Shown: piece after piece, positions 39,485-48,709 of the stretch
Layout of the letters: the number at the start of each line of letters is the position of its first letter
Position numbering within the stretch: position 1 is the first letter of the stretch
Source: Myxococcota bacterium
Lineage (GTDB): Bacteria; Myxococcota; XYA12-FULL-58-9; JALHOP01
Direction: 5' to 3'
Length of the DNA stretch: 62,111 bases
Assembly (NCBI GenBank): GCA_041288095.1
Contig: JBGGMJ010000090.1
Location: 1-62,111, forward strand
The notes under the pieces: model-generated
Told to the model about the DNA's origin: nothing
Database searches by the model: none
What the model saw: the letters and a program-made list of their open reading frames with translations, nothing else
Made by a program: the position numbers and the translations under genes

Positions 39485-40374
39485 GAGCGCTTTTCGTCGT
39501 TGTCTGCTTAAGCGGAGTGGCTTGCTCCGACCAATTCCCGCCAGCCTCGCGTCTCGAGGGTGCCCGCGTGCTGGCGGTGGTCGCGGACCCTCCGTTCGCG
39601 GTCCCCGGCGCCACTGTCGCCTTCGACATGCTGGCGGTGTCGCAAGCCGGCGTGCCGCTCGAGGTCGCCTGGTTCGCGGGCTGTGAGAATCCGCCCGGCG
39701 ACCAGGCGGAGCGCTGTCTCGACACGCTCGACACCACGATCGTTCTCGGCGACACCCACTTCGAAACCACGATCTCCGCCGACATCATCAGCCGGCTGCC
39801 GCCGACACCCGGCTCGACGCCCAAATACGGCACCGCCTACGTCTACTTCGCCGTTTGCGCCGGCACCCTCGTCAACCAGGAGCGGCTCGGCTTCGGCGTC
39901 GACTGTGTCGACCGCGATAGTGGCCAGCCGCTCGGCGCCGCGAGCTTCGTCGTCGGCTACACGCCGATCTTCGCGTATGACGACGTCGCGAACACCAATC
40001 CGCTGATCGCCGACGTCTCCGTGCCCGACAGCGTTCCTGCCTGCACGGCGGCCGATGTCGACGACTGCCCCGACATCGACGTGCTGGTGGCGGTCGACCC
40101 CTCGCAGTCCGAGCCCGACTACTCCGCCGTAGCGGTCGGCGACAGCCCGGTCGGTGAGCTCCTCTGGGCGACGTTCTTCACGACCAGCGGCGAGTTCGTC
40201 GCCGACACGCGTCTCATCGCCGATGGCGACGACTTCCGTCCCCTCGATGACAGCAAGGGCACGTGGCACGTCGAGCCAGGCTACACCGGCCCCGTAACCA
40301 TTTACGTGGTGCTACGCGACAACCGCGGCGGCAGCTCCTGGACACGGCGCGAGGTCACGGTAACGGCGGACTGA
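39481..40374 (+). CDS. Cys-containing lipoprotein associated with the TBDT
   Basis: Lipobox VAC; 'RVLAVVADPP'; 'VVLRDNRGG'; ATGA overlap with the receptor gene. Confidence 0.8.
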   Translation: MRALFVVVCLSGVACSDQFPPASRLEGARVLAVVADPPFAVPGATVAFDMLAVSQAGVPLEVAWFAGCENPPGDQAERCLDTLDTTIVLGDTHFETTISADIISRLPPTPGSTPKYGTAYVYFAVCAGTLVNQERLGFGVDCVDRDSGQPLGAASFVVGYTPIFAYDDVANTNPLIADVSVPDSVPACTAADVDDCPDIDVLVAVDPSQSEPDYSAVAVGDSPVGELLWATFFTTSGEFVADTRLIADGDDFRPLDDSKGTWHVEPGYTGPVTIYVVLRDNRGGSSWTRREVTVTAD

Positions 40375-42103
40375 GCGGCGTCTGGATGTGGGACCAGCGA
40401 TAGCCAGTGACGAGGTATGCCTGACCGGTGCGGGATGCGCCGGTGATCACCTGCGCCTCGGCTGCGTCGGTGGCATAGCCGATGTACATGCGCGAGCCGG
40501 GGTTGGAGCGCTGGAACGCCCTGGCAGTGTCGCTATTGGTCGTCACGTAGGCCGAGACCTTGCCGTTCGGCGCGTAATACGAGGCGCGATAGACTGTCGC
40601 CGGTGCATGCTCGGCGAACTGAAAGCGACCGCCGTCCATGTGACGGCCGACCGCGCCGCGCATGCGGGCCCAGTTGCGCGAGACGAGGTTGCGCGGGTCG
40701 ATGCCGTTGGGGAGCACCTCTTCGGCCGAGGCACCCCGCGCCGGCGACTGCGCGACGCGCGGAACGGCGGACCGCATCGTGCGCACGCTCAGCCCCGCCG
40801 CCGGCACCAGCGCGGTCACGCCGCCGCCGACCCGATAGATGGCCTCGACGCGCTCGTCGCGGTCGCGCGCGTTCACGTAGGCGTAGGCGCCGTTGCCCGT
40901 CTCCCAGAGCCCATAGCCGAGACCCGCGGCCGCGAGCACCGAGACAGGGAGAGTCGCCGCGGCGGCGACCGTGCCGCCGGCGACCGCCATCGCGCCCCCG
41001 GGATTGTCCACCGCCCAGTCGAACGCGCTGTCGACCGGCTTGGTCAGCGAGTGCAGGAAGTACTCCCACTCGGGTGTGTTGGTCGCGTCGCGTCCCTCGG
41101 TGAACATGCTCTCGGCGACACGACGATCGACCCAGCTCATCTCGGACGCGATGGTGTGGCGAATGGCGGGAAAGTCGGCGCCTTCGGGCACCGGCACGCC
41201 GTGCACCAGCATCAGGCGATGCAGCTCAGCCTCGGCGCCGGCTTTCGCGCCGCTGAGATGGATCTGCGCGAGGGCGATCTGAGCGGCACGCTCGTCTGTA
41301 CCAGGCCGCCCGAGCGTCGCGTTGAAGAGCGCTTGCGCCATGGCGTCGGCGCCGCCCATGGTCATCGACACTTCCGAGCGCGCGGCGGCCAGCAGACGTT
41401 GCCGCGCGAGGACGTCGCCGGGATTGTTCGCGAGCATCTCCACGACCCGTGGGTCATCCATGCCGCGCCAGCGGCCGATCTCGGCGTCGAGCCTCTCGCG
41501 TAGGTCGACGAGCCCCGCCTGGCTGTTCACGTCGACCGGTGTTCCGGTCGGCAGGTTCAGGCCCTCCACGAGCGCGAGGACGCGATGCTGCCGGAGCTGC
41601 GTAACGCCGACGCGTGCGGCGTCGAGCTGTGGCGTCAACGTGGCGATGCGCGCCTCATCGGGTGGAGTGCGACCGCGCGCCTCGCGGATTTGCCGATCGA
41701 TCGAGGCGGCGTGCTGAATGCCGCTGTCGACGGCCGAGGCGAGCTCGTCGGGGCTGAGGTCGTAGTCCGGCATGCGGCGGCTGTCGACGCGGGTCACCGG
41801 CAGGCCGACCTCCTGTGCCCGGCGATAGACGGCCGTGCGCGCATCGAAGTCGCCCGGCGCATCCAGCCGCGCCCGCAGGTCGCGGAGCTGTCCCAAATGG
41901 CGACGGACGCCGTCACCACCCAAGCGCTCGTTCGGGGTCATGACGGCGATGCGCTCGTCGATCCTGGCGCGAGCTTGTGGCTTCTCCGCCTCGGTGATGA
42001 CGCCGGGGCTCGCGTCGTCACCGGTCTGGCCAGCTTGCGGCCGGCTAGGATCGATGTCGCGGACGATGTGCGCGAACCGATTATTGGGCGGCGGAACCGT
42101 CAC
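40355..42103 (-). CDS. Hypothetical effector-like protein: annexin-like motif, hydrophobic hairpin, possible C-terminal ADP-ribosyltransferase-like domain
   Basis: 'AQALFNATLGRPGTDERAAQIAL'; 'GGAMAVAGGTVAAAATLPVSVLAAAGLGYGL'; 'TVYRA...YVTTNSDTARAF'. Confidence 0.55.
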   Translation of the reverse strand: MTVPPPNNRFAHIVRDIDPSRPQAGQTGDDASPGVITEAEKPQARARIDERIAVMTPNERLGGDGVRRHLGQLRDLRARLDAPGDFDARTAVYRRAQEVGLPVTRVDSRRMPDYDLSPDELASAVDSGIQHAASIDRQIREARGRTPPDEARIATLTPQLDAARVGVTQLRQHRVLALVEGLNLPTGTPVDVNSQAGLVDLRERLDAEIGRWRGMDDPRVVEMLANNPGDVLARQRLLAAARSEVSMTMGGADAMAQALFNATLGRPGTDERAAQIALAQIHLSGAKAGAEAELHRLMLVHGVPVPEGADFPAIRHTIASEMSWVDRRVAESMFTEGRDATNTPEWEYFLHSLTKPVDSAFDWAVDNPGGAMAVAGGTVAAAATLPVSVLAAAGLGYGLWETGNGAYAYVNARDRDERVEAIYRVGGGVTALVPAAGLSVRTMRSAVPRVAQSPARGASAEEVLPNGIDPRNLVSRNWARMRGAVGRHMDGGRFQFAEHAPATVYRASYYAPNGKVSAYVTTNSDTARAFQRSNPGSRMYIGYATDAAEAQVITGASRTGQAYLVTGYRWSHIQTPLSPPLP

Positions 42104-42183
42104 CCGAGGAGCCTAGCAAATCGAGCCTGAACACGCGTCTAAAAGCCTTCTGGGGCGACACCTGACCTCGTGGCACTGCCCGT

Positions 42184-43773
42184 TCAGTCGATGTACCCGA
42201 GCGAACGCAGGCGGTTTTCCACGACTCGCCGCTGCCGCGGGCTGTAGCCATCCGTGACCTTCGGGGCGGCCTGTACGGTGGCGGGCCGCTCCTCGCCGAG
42301 CAGCTCGTACACGAGGGCGCCGGCCTGCTCGATGGTCGTCCGCGCGAGCGTACGCGCCTCGATGCCGTCGCCGTGCACGATGAGGATGCCCTCGGGGCGA
42401 TGCACGCCGGGCATGCCGGCGCCGCGCCCCGCCGCATACTCTTCGCGAGCGAGAGCGCGCACCGGCTCTCCGGGACCATCACTGCGCAGGAACGACGTCC
42501 GATAGCCGCCGGGCCAGGCAGGCTCGATGATGAGGTCGGGAGCGCGCTCGACATGCGGCCCGCGCATCGGCGTGTCTTCGCGCGCGTGCACCGCCGCGAC
42601 CAGCGGCTCGTTGGTCGTAGGATCGCGCAGCGCCAACAACAGCTCACGGATCCGCTCACGCAAGCGCGTCACCGCCGCCTCCGGCACGTGCCCGCGCTCG
42701 AAGGCACTCGCGCGGTGCAGCCAGATCGACGGCGCGTAGTCGAGCTCGTCCGAGAAAGCCTGCGTCCCATCCCAGTCGATGGGGCTCGCGAGCAGCTTTT
42801 GATGCAGGCGAGCGCGTGCTCGTTCGGGCAACGCTCGCACCAGCGGGCCCATGACCTCGGGCGGCAGCTCGCCCAGCGCACGGCGCACGAGCGCTTTGGC
42901 ACCACCGGCGCGTCGCCCGCCAAAGCGCAGCAGCCCCGCGCGTTCGAGCAAGCGGTTCAGGTGCACCGCGGTGATGCCGGCGCCGCCGAAGCCGTGGTCG
43001 CTCACCACCATCACGCGCGTATCCGGACTTGTCTGCTTTAGCAGAGCCCCGACGAGCTCGTCGAGCCGGCGATAGACCCGTGGCAAGTCGTCGCTGCGCT
43101 CGCCCGCTCGCGGCGAGGCCATGTCGTGGGTGTGCCAGAGATGATGCGCGGCGGTGTCCGAAGCCTGCAGGTGCGTGAAGAAGACGTCCCAAGGCTCGCG
43201 CCCGTAGAGCGAGATCAGGAGCTGCTCCTTGCGCGCGATGTCGGCGCACAACGCGTCCGCGGCTTCGGCGAGGCGGCGTGGCCCACGACGCTGCTCGTTG
43301 AAGGTCGCGTAGCGATAGCCACCCAGCTCCTCGAGCATCGAGAAGAAGCTCGGCGGCGACACCGAGGCGCGGGTCGCCCGGTGCACGCCGGGCGCATCGA
43401 AACCGGAAACGCAGACGCCGTTCAAAGGCAGCGGCGGGAAGGTTCCTGGTACACCGATCGAAGCCACGCGCCGTCCTCGACGCGAAAGCACCTCGAGAAA
43501 AGTAGGCAGGGCCCGCAGCGCGCCACTGGCGGGCGTGAGCGTGTAACCGCGCCGCATGAAGATGTCGGTCACGCCGTGCTCGCCGGGAGGTGCGCCGGTC
43601 AGAAACGAGGTCCACGCCGGCATGGTCGCCGGCGGCAAGGTCGAGAGCAGCTCGCCGCGCGCCCCTTCCCGCATCAAGCGCCCGAGATTGGGCAGATCGC
43701 CCGTCGCCACGAGCGGATCGAGCAGCGCGAAGGTGCCGCCATCGAGGCCGATGATGAGCAAGCGGCGGTCCAT
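42184..43773 (-). CDS. Nucleotide pyrophosphatase/phosphodiesterase-type alkaline phosphatase family protein
   Basis: 'IIGLDG', 'STLPPATMPAWTSFLTG', 'VVSDHGF', 'GVHRPEGI'. Confidence 0.9.
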   Translation of the reverse strand: MDRRLLIIGLDGGTFALLDPLVATGDLPNLGRLMREGARGELLSTLPPATMPAWTSFLTGAPPGEHGVTDIFMRRGYTLTPASGALRALPTFLEVLSRRGRRVASIGVPGTFPPLPLNGVCVSGFDAPGVHRATRASVSPPSFFSMLEELGGYRYATFNEQRRGPRRLAEAADALCADIARKEQLLISLYGREPWDVFFTHLQASDTAAHHLWHTHDMASPRAGERSDDLPRVYRRLDELVGALLKQTSPDTRVMVVSDHGFGGAGITAVHLNRLLERAGLLRFGGRRAGGAKALVRRALGELPPEVMGPLVRALPERARARLHQKLLASPIDWDGTQAFSDELDYAPSIWLHRASAFERGHVPEAAVTRLRERIRELLLALRDPTTNEPLVAAVHAREDTPMRGPHVERAPDLIIEPAWPGGYRTSFLRSDGPGEPVRALAREEYAAGRGAGMPGVHRPEGILIVHGDGIEARTLARTTIEQAGALVYELLGEERPATVQAAPKVTDGYSPRQRRVVENRLRSLGYID

Positions 43774-43804
43774 AGGCCTGCGTGCCTCAACCGGGCGTAT
43801 CGAC

Positions 43805-43831
43805 GCAACTTTCGCGGAGAAGCACCGATAC
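43805..43831 (+). promoter_or_regulatory. Sigma28-like promoter
   Basis: GCAACTTT-N11-ACCGATAC upstream of the 43873 gene. Confidence 0.5.
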
Positions 43832-43872
43832 CGACGCTAACGGCGTTCTCTATGCCCGAGGAGCTTCACGCC

Positions 43873-44616
43873 ATGGCCTTCGTCGCGCAAAGAACCTTCG
43901 AGAGTCGCTTCGGCGCCTGTGTCGAAGAGGTCGCAACCACCGCGATGACCCGCGTCAGCCAGCAGCAGGCCCGCGCCAAGTCCATGGTCGGCACCGTCCT
44001 GCCGGTCACCGTCACGATCCCCAAGGGCCAAAGCGGCCTCGTCGCGCTCGCGATGTTCCACAACCCCGTACCCCAAGGCGTCGACGCCTTCTGCGACGCG
44101 GTCAGCAAGGCCATCGAGGCGCGCCTGTATGCCCGTGGTCGCAAAGAGCAGGCCACGGTCTCCTTCCTCGAACGCGGCGGGCGCACACTCCTCGTCAGCA
44201 TCGGCCACGAGCCGAATCCGGCGATGCGCGGCGTTGCCGTCGCCATGCAAGCCCCGCCCGCCAAGCCCGCTCCGGTCATGACCACCGACGAAGGCCGGGT
44301 GGAGGCGATCAACTTGCTCGGCATCGTCGACCGGCTGCGCCCGCACCTTCGAGCCATCGCCGCCTGCGTCACGGCGGTCGAGCAACAGTTCCCTCCTGAG
44401 CACATGGAAGAAGAGCTCGGCATCACACGCGAGCGCCTGCGTGCCTTCAACCACGGCGAGCTCTTCCTGGCCCCGGCCGAAGCGCGCACTCTGCTGCGCA
44501 ACGTCGCGAACGCCGCCCTGCATCAAGACTACCCTGTCATCGCGCGCGGCACGTGTGGCGCGGAGATCCAGGCGCTCCTGGACGCCACCGAGAACAAGGC
44601 GATCTTCTCGCGCTAG
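43873..44616 (+). CDS. Hypothetical two-domain protein, possible C-terminal XRE-like HTH
   Basis: RBS GAGGAG before MAFVAQ; 'PEHMEEELGITRERLRAFNHGE'. Confidence 0.6.
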   Translation: MAFVAQRTFESRFGACVEEVATTAMTRVSQQQARAKSMVGTVLPVTVTIPKGQSGLVALAMFHNPVPQGVDAFCDAVSKAIEARLYARGRKEQATVSFLERGGRTLLVSIGHEPNPAMRGVAVAMQAPPAKPAPVMTTDEGRVEAINLLGIVDRLRPHLRAIAACVTAVEQQFPPEHMEEELGITRERLRAFNHGELFLAPAEARTLLRNVANAALHQDYPVIARGTCGAEIQALLDATENKAIFSR

Positions 44617-46037
44617 TCGATGTAGCCGAGCTCTTTGAGGTCGCGATAGGTCTCGGCGTCGAGGCGCTCGACCACGGTGGCGCTCTGCGCCGCGTGGCGC
44701 TTCTCGTAGGCGCGCAGGCTCTGCATGAGCTTCGCCCAGCGTGGGTCGCGCACGGCCTGTTCGCTATAGAGGTCACGTTGCTCGAGCGGATCCTTCGCCA
44801 TGTCGAAGAGCTTCACGGTCTCGCGGTCGAAAGTGACGCTCGGCAGCAACGACTTCTTCTTCACCGTGGCGAGGAATTGCGCCTCATCGGCCGGGAGCTG
44901 CCACACGACCTTGTCGGCGAGCGTGCGTAACATGCGCCGCTTGATGCCGAAGTTCGTGAACTCCGCGATCACCGAGCGCGTCTTCTCGCTGTTCGCCATC
45001 AGCGCGAACAAGTCGGCCCCGAGTAGGTCTTTGGCGAGCGGCAGACCGAACGCGCGGGCGATGGTCGGGAACAGGTCGATGCTCTGCGCGAGGGCGGGGG
45101 AATAGGCACCGCGCTTGCTCATGTGCGGGGCTTTGACGATGAGGGGCGCGCGGACGATCTCGTCGTAGAGGTGATGCGCGTGCAAGTAGACGCCGTGCTC
45201 GCCGAAAGCCTCGCCGTGGTCGGCGGTGAGCATGATGGTCGCTTTGTCGTAGACCCCGAGCTCCTTGAGGCGGCCGAAGAAGCGGCCGAGCGCGCGGTCG
45301 GTGTAGGCGATGGCGCCGTCGTAGGTCTCCTTCATGCGCTGGACCTGCTCGGGCGAATAGTCGCCGATCTCCCAATGGGGTGTCCGCACGAGCGGAACCT
45401 CCGGATTGGTCACGTAACGCGTCTCGAAGTCGCCGGGCGCGTGATAGGGGTCGTGGGTGTCGACCATGAACACGAAGAGGAAGAAGCGCTCCTTGGCGTG
45501 ACGCTCGACGAACGGCAGCGCCAGGTCCACGACCTCGTCGGCGGTGGGTAAGCCCTTCCAGTGGGTCACGGTGTCGGCGAACTCGGTGAAGCCTTGCGCG
45601 AGACCAAAGGCGCTGGCGGCGTTACCGTTGCCGATGACCGCGCCGGTCGGAACACCTTTGGCCGCCAGGAGCTCGGCGATCGTCGTGAACTGTGGCCCGA
45701 GCTTGTCACCCTCCCCTTGCACCAGGTGGTCACTGGGGAGCAGGCCGGTCAGCATCGAGGCGGTCGACGGCCGCGTCCAGTTGGCGTTGACGAAGTAGTT
45801 GGTCAGGGTGACGCCGTCGTCGGCGAGCGCGCTCATCACCGGCGATGGGTCGCGGGCCGCGCCGTAGGGGCTGAGGCGATCGGGGCGCATGGCATCGACG
45901 ACCAGCACGATCACCGGGCCGTCCCCGGCCTTGGCCGTAAGCTCGGCGACCTTGGGCCGCGCGAGCCCCTTGAAATAGTGGGTCGAGGTGTCTGGGGTGG
46001 CCGAAACGGCGACGGCAAAGCTTAGGGCTAGCCACAT
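44613..46037 (-). CDS. Exported sulfatase-like protein
   Basis: 'VDAMRPD', 'NWTRPSTASMLTG', 'DTHDPY', 'ADHGEAFGEHG'. Confidence 0.9.
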   Translation of the reverse strand: MWLALSFAVAVSATPDTSTHYFKGLARPKVAELTAKAGDGPVIVLVVDAMRPDRLSPYGAARDPSPVMSALADDGVTLTNYFVNANWTRPSTASMLTGLLPSDHLVQGEGDKLGPQFTTIAELLAAKGVPTGAVIGNGNAASAFGLAQGFTEFADTVTHWKGLPTADEVVDLALPFVERHAKERFFLFVFMVDTHDPYHAPGDFETRYVTNPEVPLVRTPHWEIGDYSPEQVQRMKETYDGAIAYTDRALGRFFGRLKELGVYDKATIMLTADHGEAFGEHGVYLHAHHLYDEIVRAPLIVKAPHMSKRGAYSPALAQSIDLFPTIARAFGLPLAKDLLGADLFALMANSEKTRSVIAEFTNFGIKRRMLRTLADKVVWQLPADEAQFLATVKKKSLLPSVTFDRETVKLFDMAKDPLEQRDLYSEQAVRDPRWAKLMQSLRAYEKRHAAQSATVVERLDAETYRDLKELGYID

Positions 46038-46105
46038 CGTAGGGACATGCTCCCTTTCGCGCGGGTCGCTGTCAATTTCGTAGCTTCGCTGCTACCATAT
46101 CGCGC

Positions 46106-47947
46106 GTGACTCGCCCGGCTCACTCGCACACCTTTCGCTACTTGGCCCTCGTGATCGGCTGTGCAGTGCTGGTCACCACGACACCGGCCCACGCCGACGA
46201 TATCGCCCTGTCAGGCGCGCCTTACACGGGCCGCCTGCAGTTCGTCTTCGTCGGGGCGTCACTCGTCGACTCGACAGGCCTCGCCAACGGCGTCAACTGC
46301 ATCTACCGCAGCGCCACCGCCGTCATCCGCACCAGCGACCTGCCGGAGCGGCCGCGGGTGCGCTCGGCGTTCCTGTACGTCGGGGGCTCGCTCTTGGGCG
46401 ACGACGGCCCCGACTATCCCGGCATCGAGATCTTCGACACCGACGGCATCTCCGGTGAAGACGACCCGGTCTTCGTCGAGCAGCGCGCGCGTGAGGCGGC
46501 CGACACCAGCGTCACGTTCGCGTTGCCCGGCCGCGCCGACACCGTGACCTTGAACAACCCGGCGACCCCGGCGGTCACGACCTTCTTCAAGTCCGAGGGC
46601 GTCGAGGAGGGCAACATCGCCTTCTTCGTGTCGCGCTTCGACGTGACCGATCTCATCGCCAACAACGGCAGCCTCGATGGCGCCTATACCGTGGGCGACG
46701 TCCAAGCCGACGTCTGCTCCGGTACCGAGGCCATCTGCGACAGCGGACAGTCGTGCACCACCATGCCGCCGTCGGGGTCTGTGCCCCAGGGCACGCACAC
46801 CAACGCCGCCGCCTCCTTCGCGCTCCTTCTCGTGCTCGAGGACGACGCCCTGCCCTTGCGTACCATCGGCGTCTTCGAAGGCCTCGAGCAGGTGTCCGGC
46901 ACCCGCGACTCGGTGTCGCTCGACACCGTGAATCCGATCTCGACTCCGGCCGCCGGGCGGCTCGCGTTTTACGCGCTCGAAGGCGACCTGCTACTCGCCA
47001 ACACCAGCCCCGCGTCGCTGCCCTGCGGCGGTGACGAGTTCATCGAGGTCAACGGCACCATCAATGGACTGGGGCCGGGCCTCTGCCTGTCCGACGACGA
47101 CAATCCCATCGGCAACATCTTCAACTCGACCATCAACAGCGAGCCCCGGCGCCAGGATGGCCCGACCTGCACGCCACCCACCACCGTGACCTGCTGCGGC
47201 GGCGATGGTCTTTGCGGCGTCACCGGGGTCGACATCGACCGTTTCAATATCTCGGAGGCGCTCGAGCCCAACGCCCGTCGCGTCACCGTGCGCTACGGCA
47301 CCGCGAGCGACCGTATCGCGCTCGGCGTCGTGGCTCTCGAGGTCGACGTCTTCCAACCGTCGCTCATCGTCGACACGCAGATCCGCGTCCTCTCCGCCGT
47401 CAACGAGAAGGTCCAAGTCGGCGGCGAGCTGCTCTACTCGATCGCCATCAGCAACACCGGCAACGTCCCCGCGAACGATGTCCGCGTGCAGATGTCGGCG
47501 CCGCCTGGTGTGACGAACTTCGAGGTGATCAGCGTGCCTCCCGGCTCCACCAACCTCTCGAACGGCGGCGGTGGTGACAACGGCACCGGCGTCGTGTTCG
47601 TGCAGGACTTCGACGTGCCCGCCGGCCAGATCCGCGAGATCCGCGCCCGCATGACCACCGGCTGCGAGCTCCTGGCCCGCCGTCTGGCGCCGGTCGCCGC
47701 GGTGTCTTCGGCCGAGATTCCCGCGTTCAACGTGACCGCTCAAGCGGTCGACGTGAACGGCCCCGGCATCGCGGCATGCGAGGGCGTGGACCCCAACGGC
47801 TCCTTCGGCGACGATCCCGATCTCGCGCCGCAACGTGTCTTGCGCGGCGGCGGCGGTTGCCAGGCCGAAGGCGCGGTTTCGTTGACCGCTATCGCGACAG
47901 CCTTGGCGCTGCTCATGCTCGCGCGCCGCCGCCGAGGTGAAGGATGA
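46106..47947 (+). CDS. Secreted surface protein with DUF11-like domain and MYXO-CTERM-like sorting tail
   Basis: Signal peptide AHA; 'YSIAISNTGN.PA.DV'; C-terminus 'GGGGC...ALALLMLARRRR'. Confidence 0.8.
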   Translation: MTRPAHSHTFRYLALVIGCAVLVTTTPAHADDIALSGAPYTGRLQFVFVGASLVDSTGLANGVNCIYRSATAVIRTSDLPERPRVRSAFLYVGGSLLGDDGPDYPGIEIFDTDGISGEDDPVFVEQRAREAADTSVTFALPGRADTVTLNNPATPAVTTFFKSEGVEEGNIAFFVSRFDVTDLIANNGSLDGAYTVGDVQADVCSGTEAICDSGQSCTTMPPSGSVPQGTHTNAAASFALLLVLEDDALPLRTIGVFEGLEQVSGTRDSVSLDTVNPISTPAAGRLAFYALEGDLLLANTSPASLPCGGDEFIEVNGTINGLGPGLCLSDDDNPIGNIFNSTINSEPRRQDGPTCTPPTTVTCCGGDGLCGVTGVDIDRFNISEALEPNARRVTVRYGTASDRIALGVVALEVDVFQPSLIVDTQIRVLSAVNEKVQVGGELLYSIAISNTGNVPANDVRVQMSAPPGVTNFEVISVPPGSTNLSNGGGGDNGTGVVFVQDFDVPAGQIREIRARMTTGCELLARRLAPVAAVSSAEIPAFNVTAQAVDVNGPGIAACEGVDPNGSFGDDPDLAPQRVLRGGGGCQAEGAVSLTAIATALALLMLARRRRGEG

Positions 47948-48690
47948 AGCGCCTCCTACTCACCGGCGTTACCGCCCTCGCGCTCGCTTGCGCCGAGCGC
48001 TACGACCCGGCCAACGATCCGAACCTCGACCCACCGGTGCGGCCAATCCCCAATGTCGACGCGATTCCCGGCGTCCAGTGCGAGACCAACGACGGCCTCA
48101 TGCGCCGCGTCGTCCTCGCCAACGGTACCGAGTTCTGCATCGACGTCTTCGAGGCCTCGCTCGACGGCGGCAATCGCGGCAACGCCTTCCAGGCGACGCT
48201 CGACACCAGCGATGCCACCGACGGCAGCACCACCGCCGCGGCGGTCGTTGGTCTGCAAGCGCAACCGGCGGCCGGCGTCTCGTTCTATCAGGCGAAAGCC
48301 GCCTGCGAGAACGCGGGCAAGCGGTTGTGCACCCAAGACGAATGGGAGCGCGCCTGCCGCGGTCCCCAGGCGCTGCTCTATCCTTACGGCGACTCCGTCG
48401 AGGAGAAAGCCTGCAACGGCTTCTTCAACTATGCCGAGAGCAACCCCCTGCTCACCGGCTCGCTCGACACCTGCGGCAGCGACTTCGGGATCTACGATAT
48501 GTCCGGAAATCTTTCGGAGTGGACCTCGACGCGCGCCGAGCGCCTCCCCGGCAGCGGCGTGTTCAACGACCGCGCCGTCCGCGGCGGCAGCTTCCAGGGC
48601 AACAACGTCGCCTTGCGCTGCGTCGGCGAGGAGTACCGCGACGCGCCGTTCAACGCTCCCGAAGACCGCGGCTTCCGCTGCTGCCTCTGA
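47944..48690 (+). CDS. FGE-sulfatase (SUMF1-fold) domain lipoprotein
   Basis: Lipobox LAC; 'GKRLCT.DEWERAC', 'YDMSGNLSEW', 'RGGSF', 'GFRCC'. Confidence 0.88.
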   Translation: MKRLLLTGVTALALACAERYDPANDPNLDPPVRPIPNVDAIPGVQCETNDGLMRRVVLANGTEFCIDVFEASLDGGNRGNAFQATLDTSDATDGSTTAAAVVGLQAQPAAGVSFYQAKAACENAGKRLCTQDEWERACRGPQALLYPYGDSVEEKACNGFFNYAESNPLLTGSLDTCGSDFGIYDMSGNLSEWTSTRAERLPGSGVFNDRAVRGGSFQGNNVALRCVGEEYRDAPFNAPEDRGFRCCL

Positions 48691-48709
48691 TGCGGAGGAG
48701 TGCCCGGGC

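Noticed and set aside
47944..48690. FGE acting as maturase for the nearby sulfatase-like genes
   Set aside because: It is a lipoprotein lacking the catalytic Cys pair after RGGS, and the sulfatase-like proteins lack the C/S-x-P-x-R target motif
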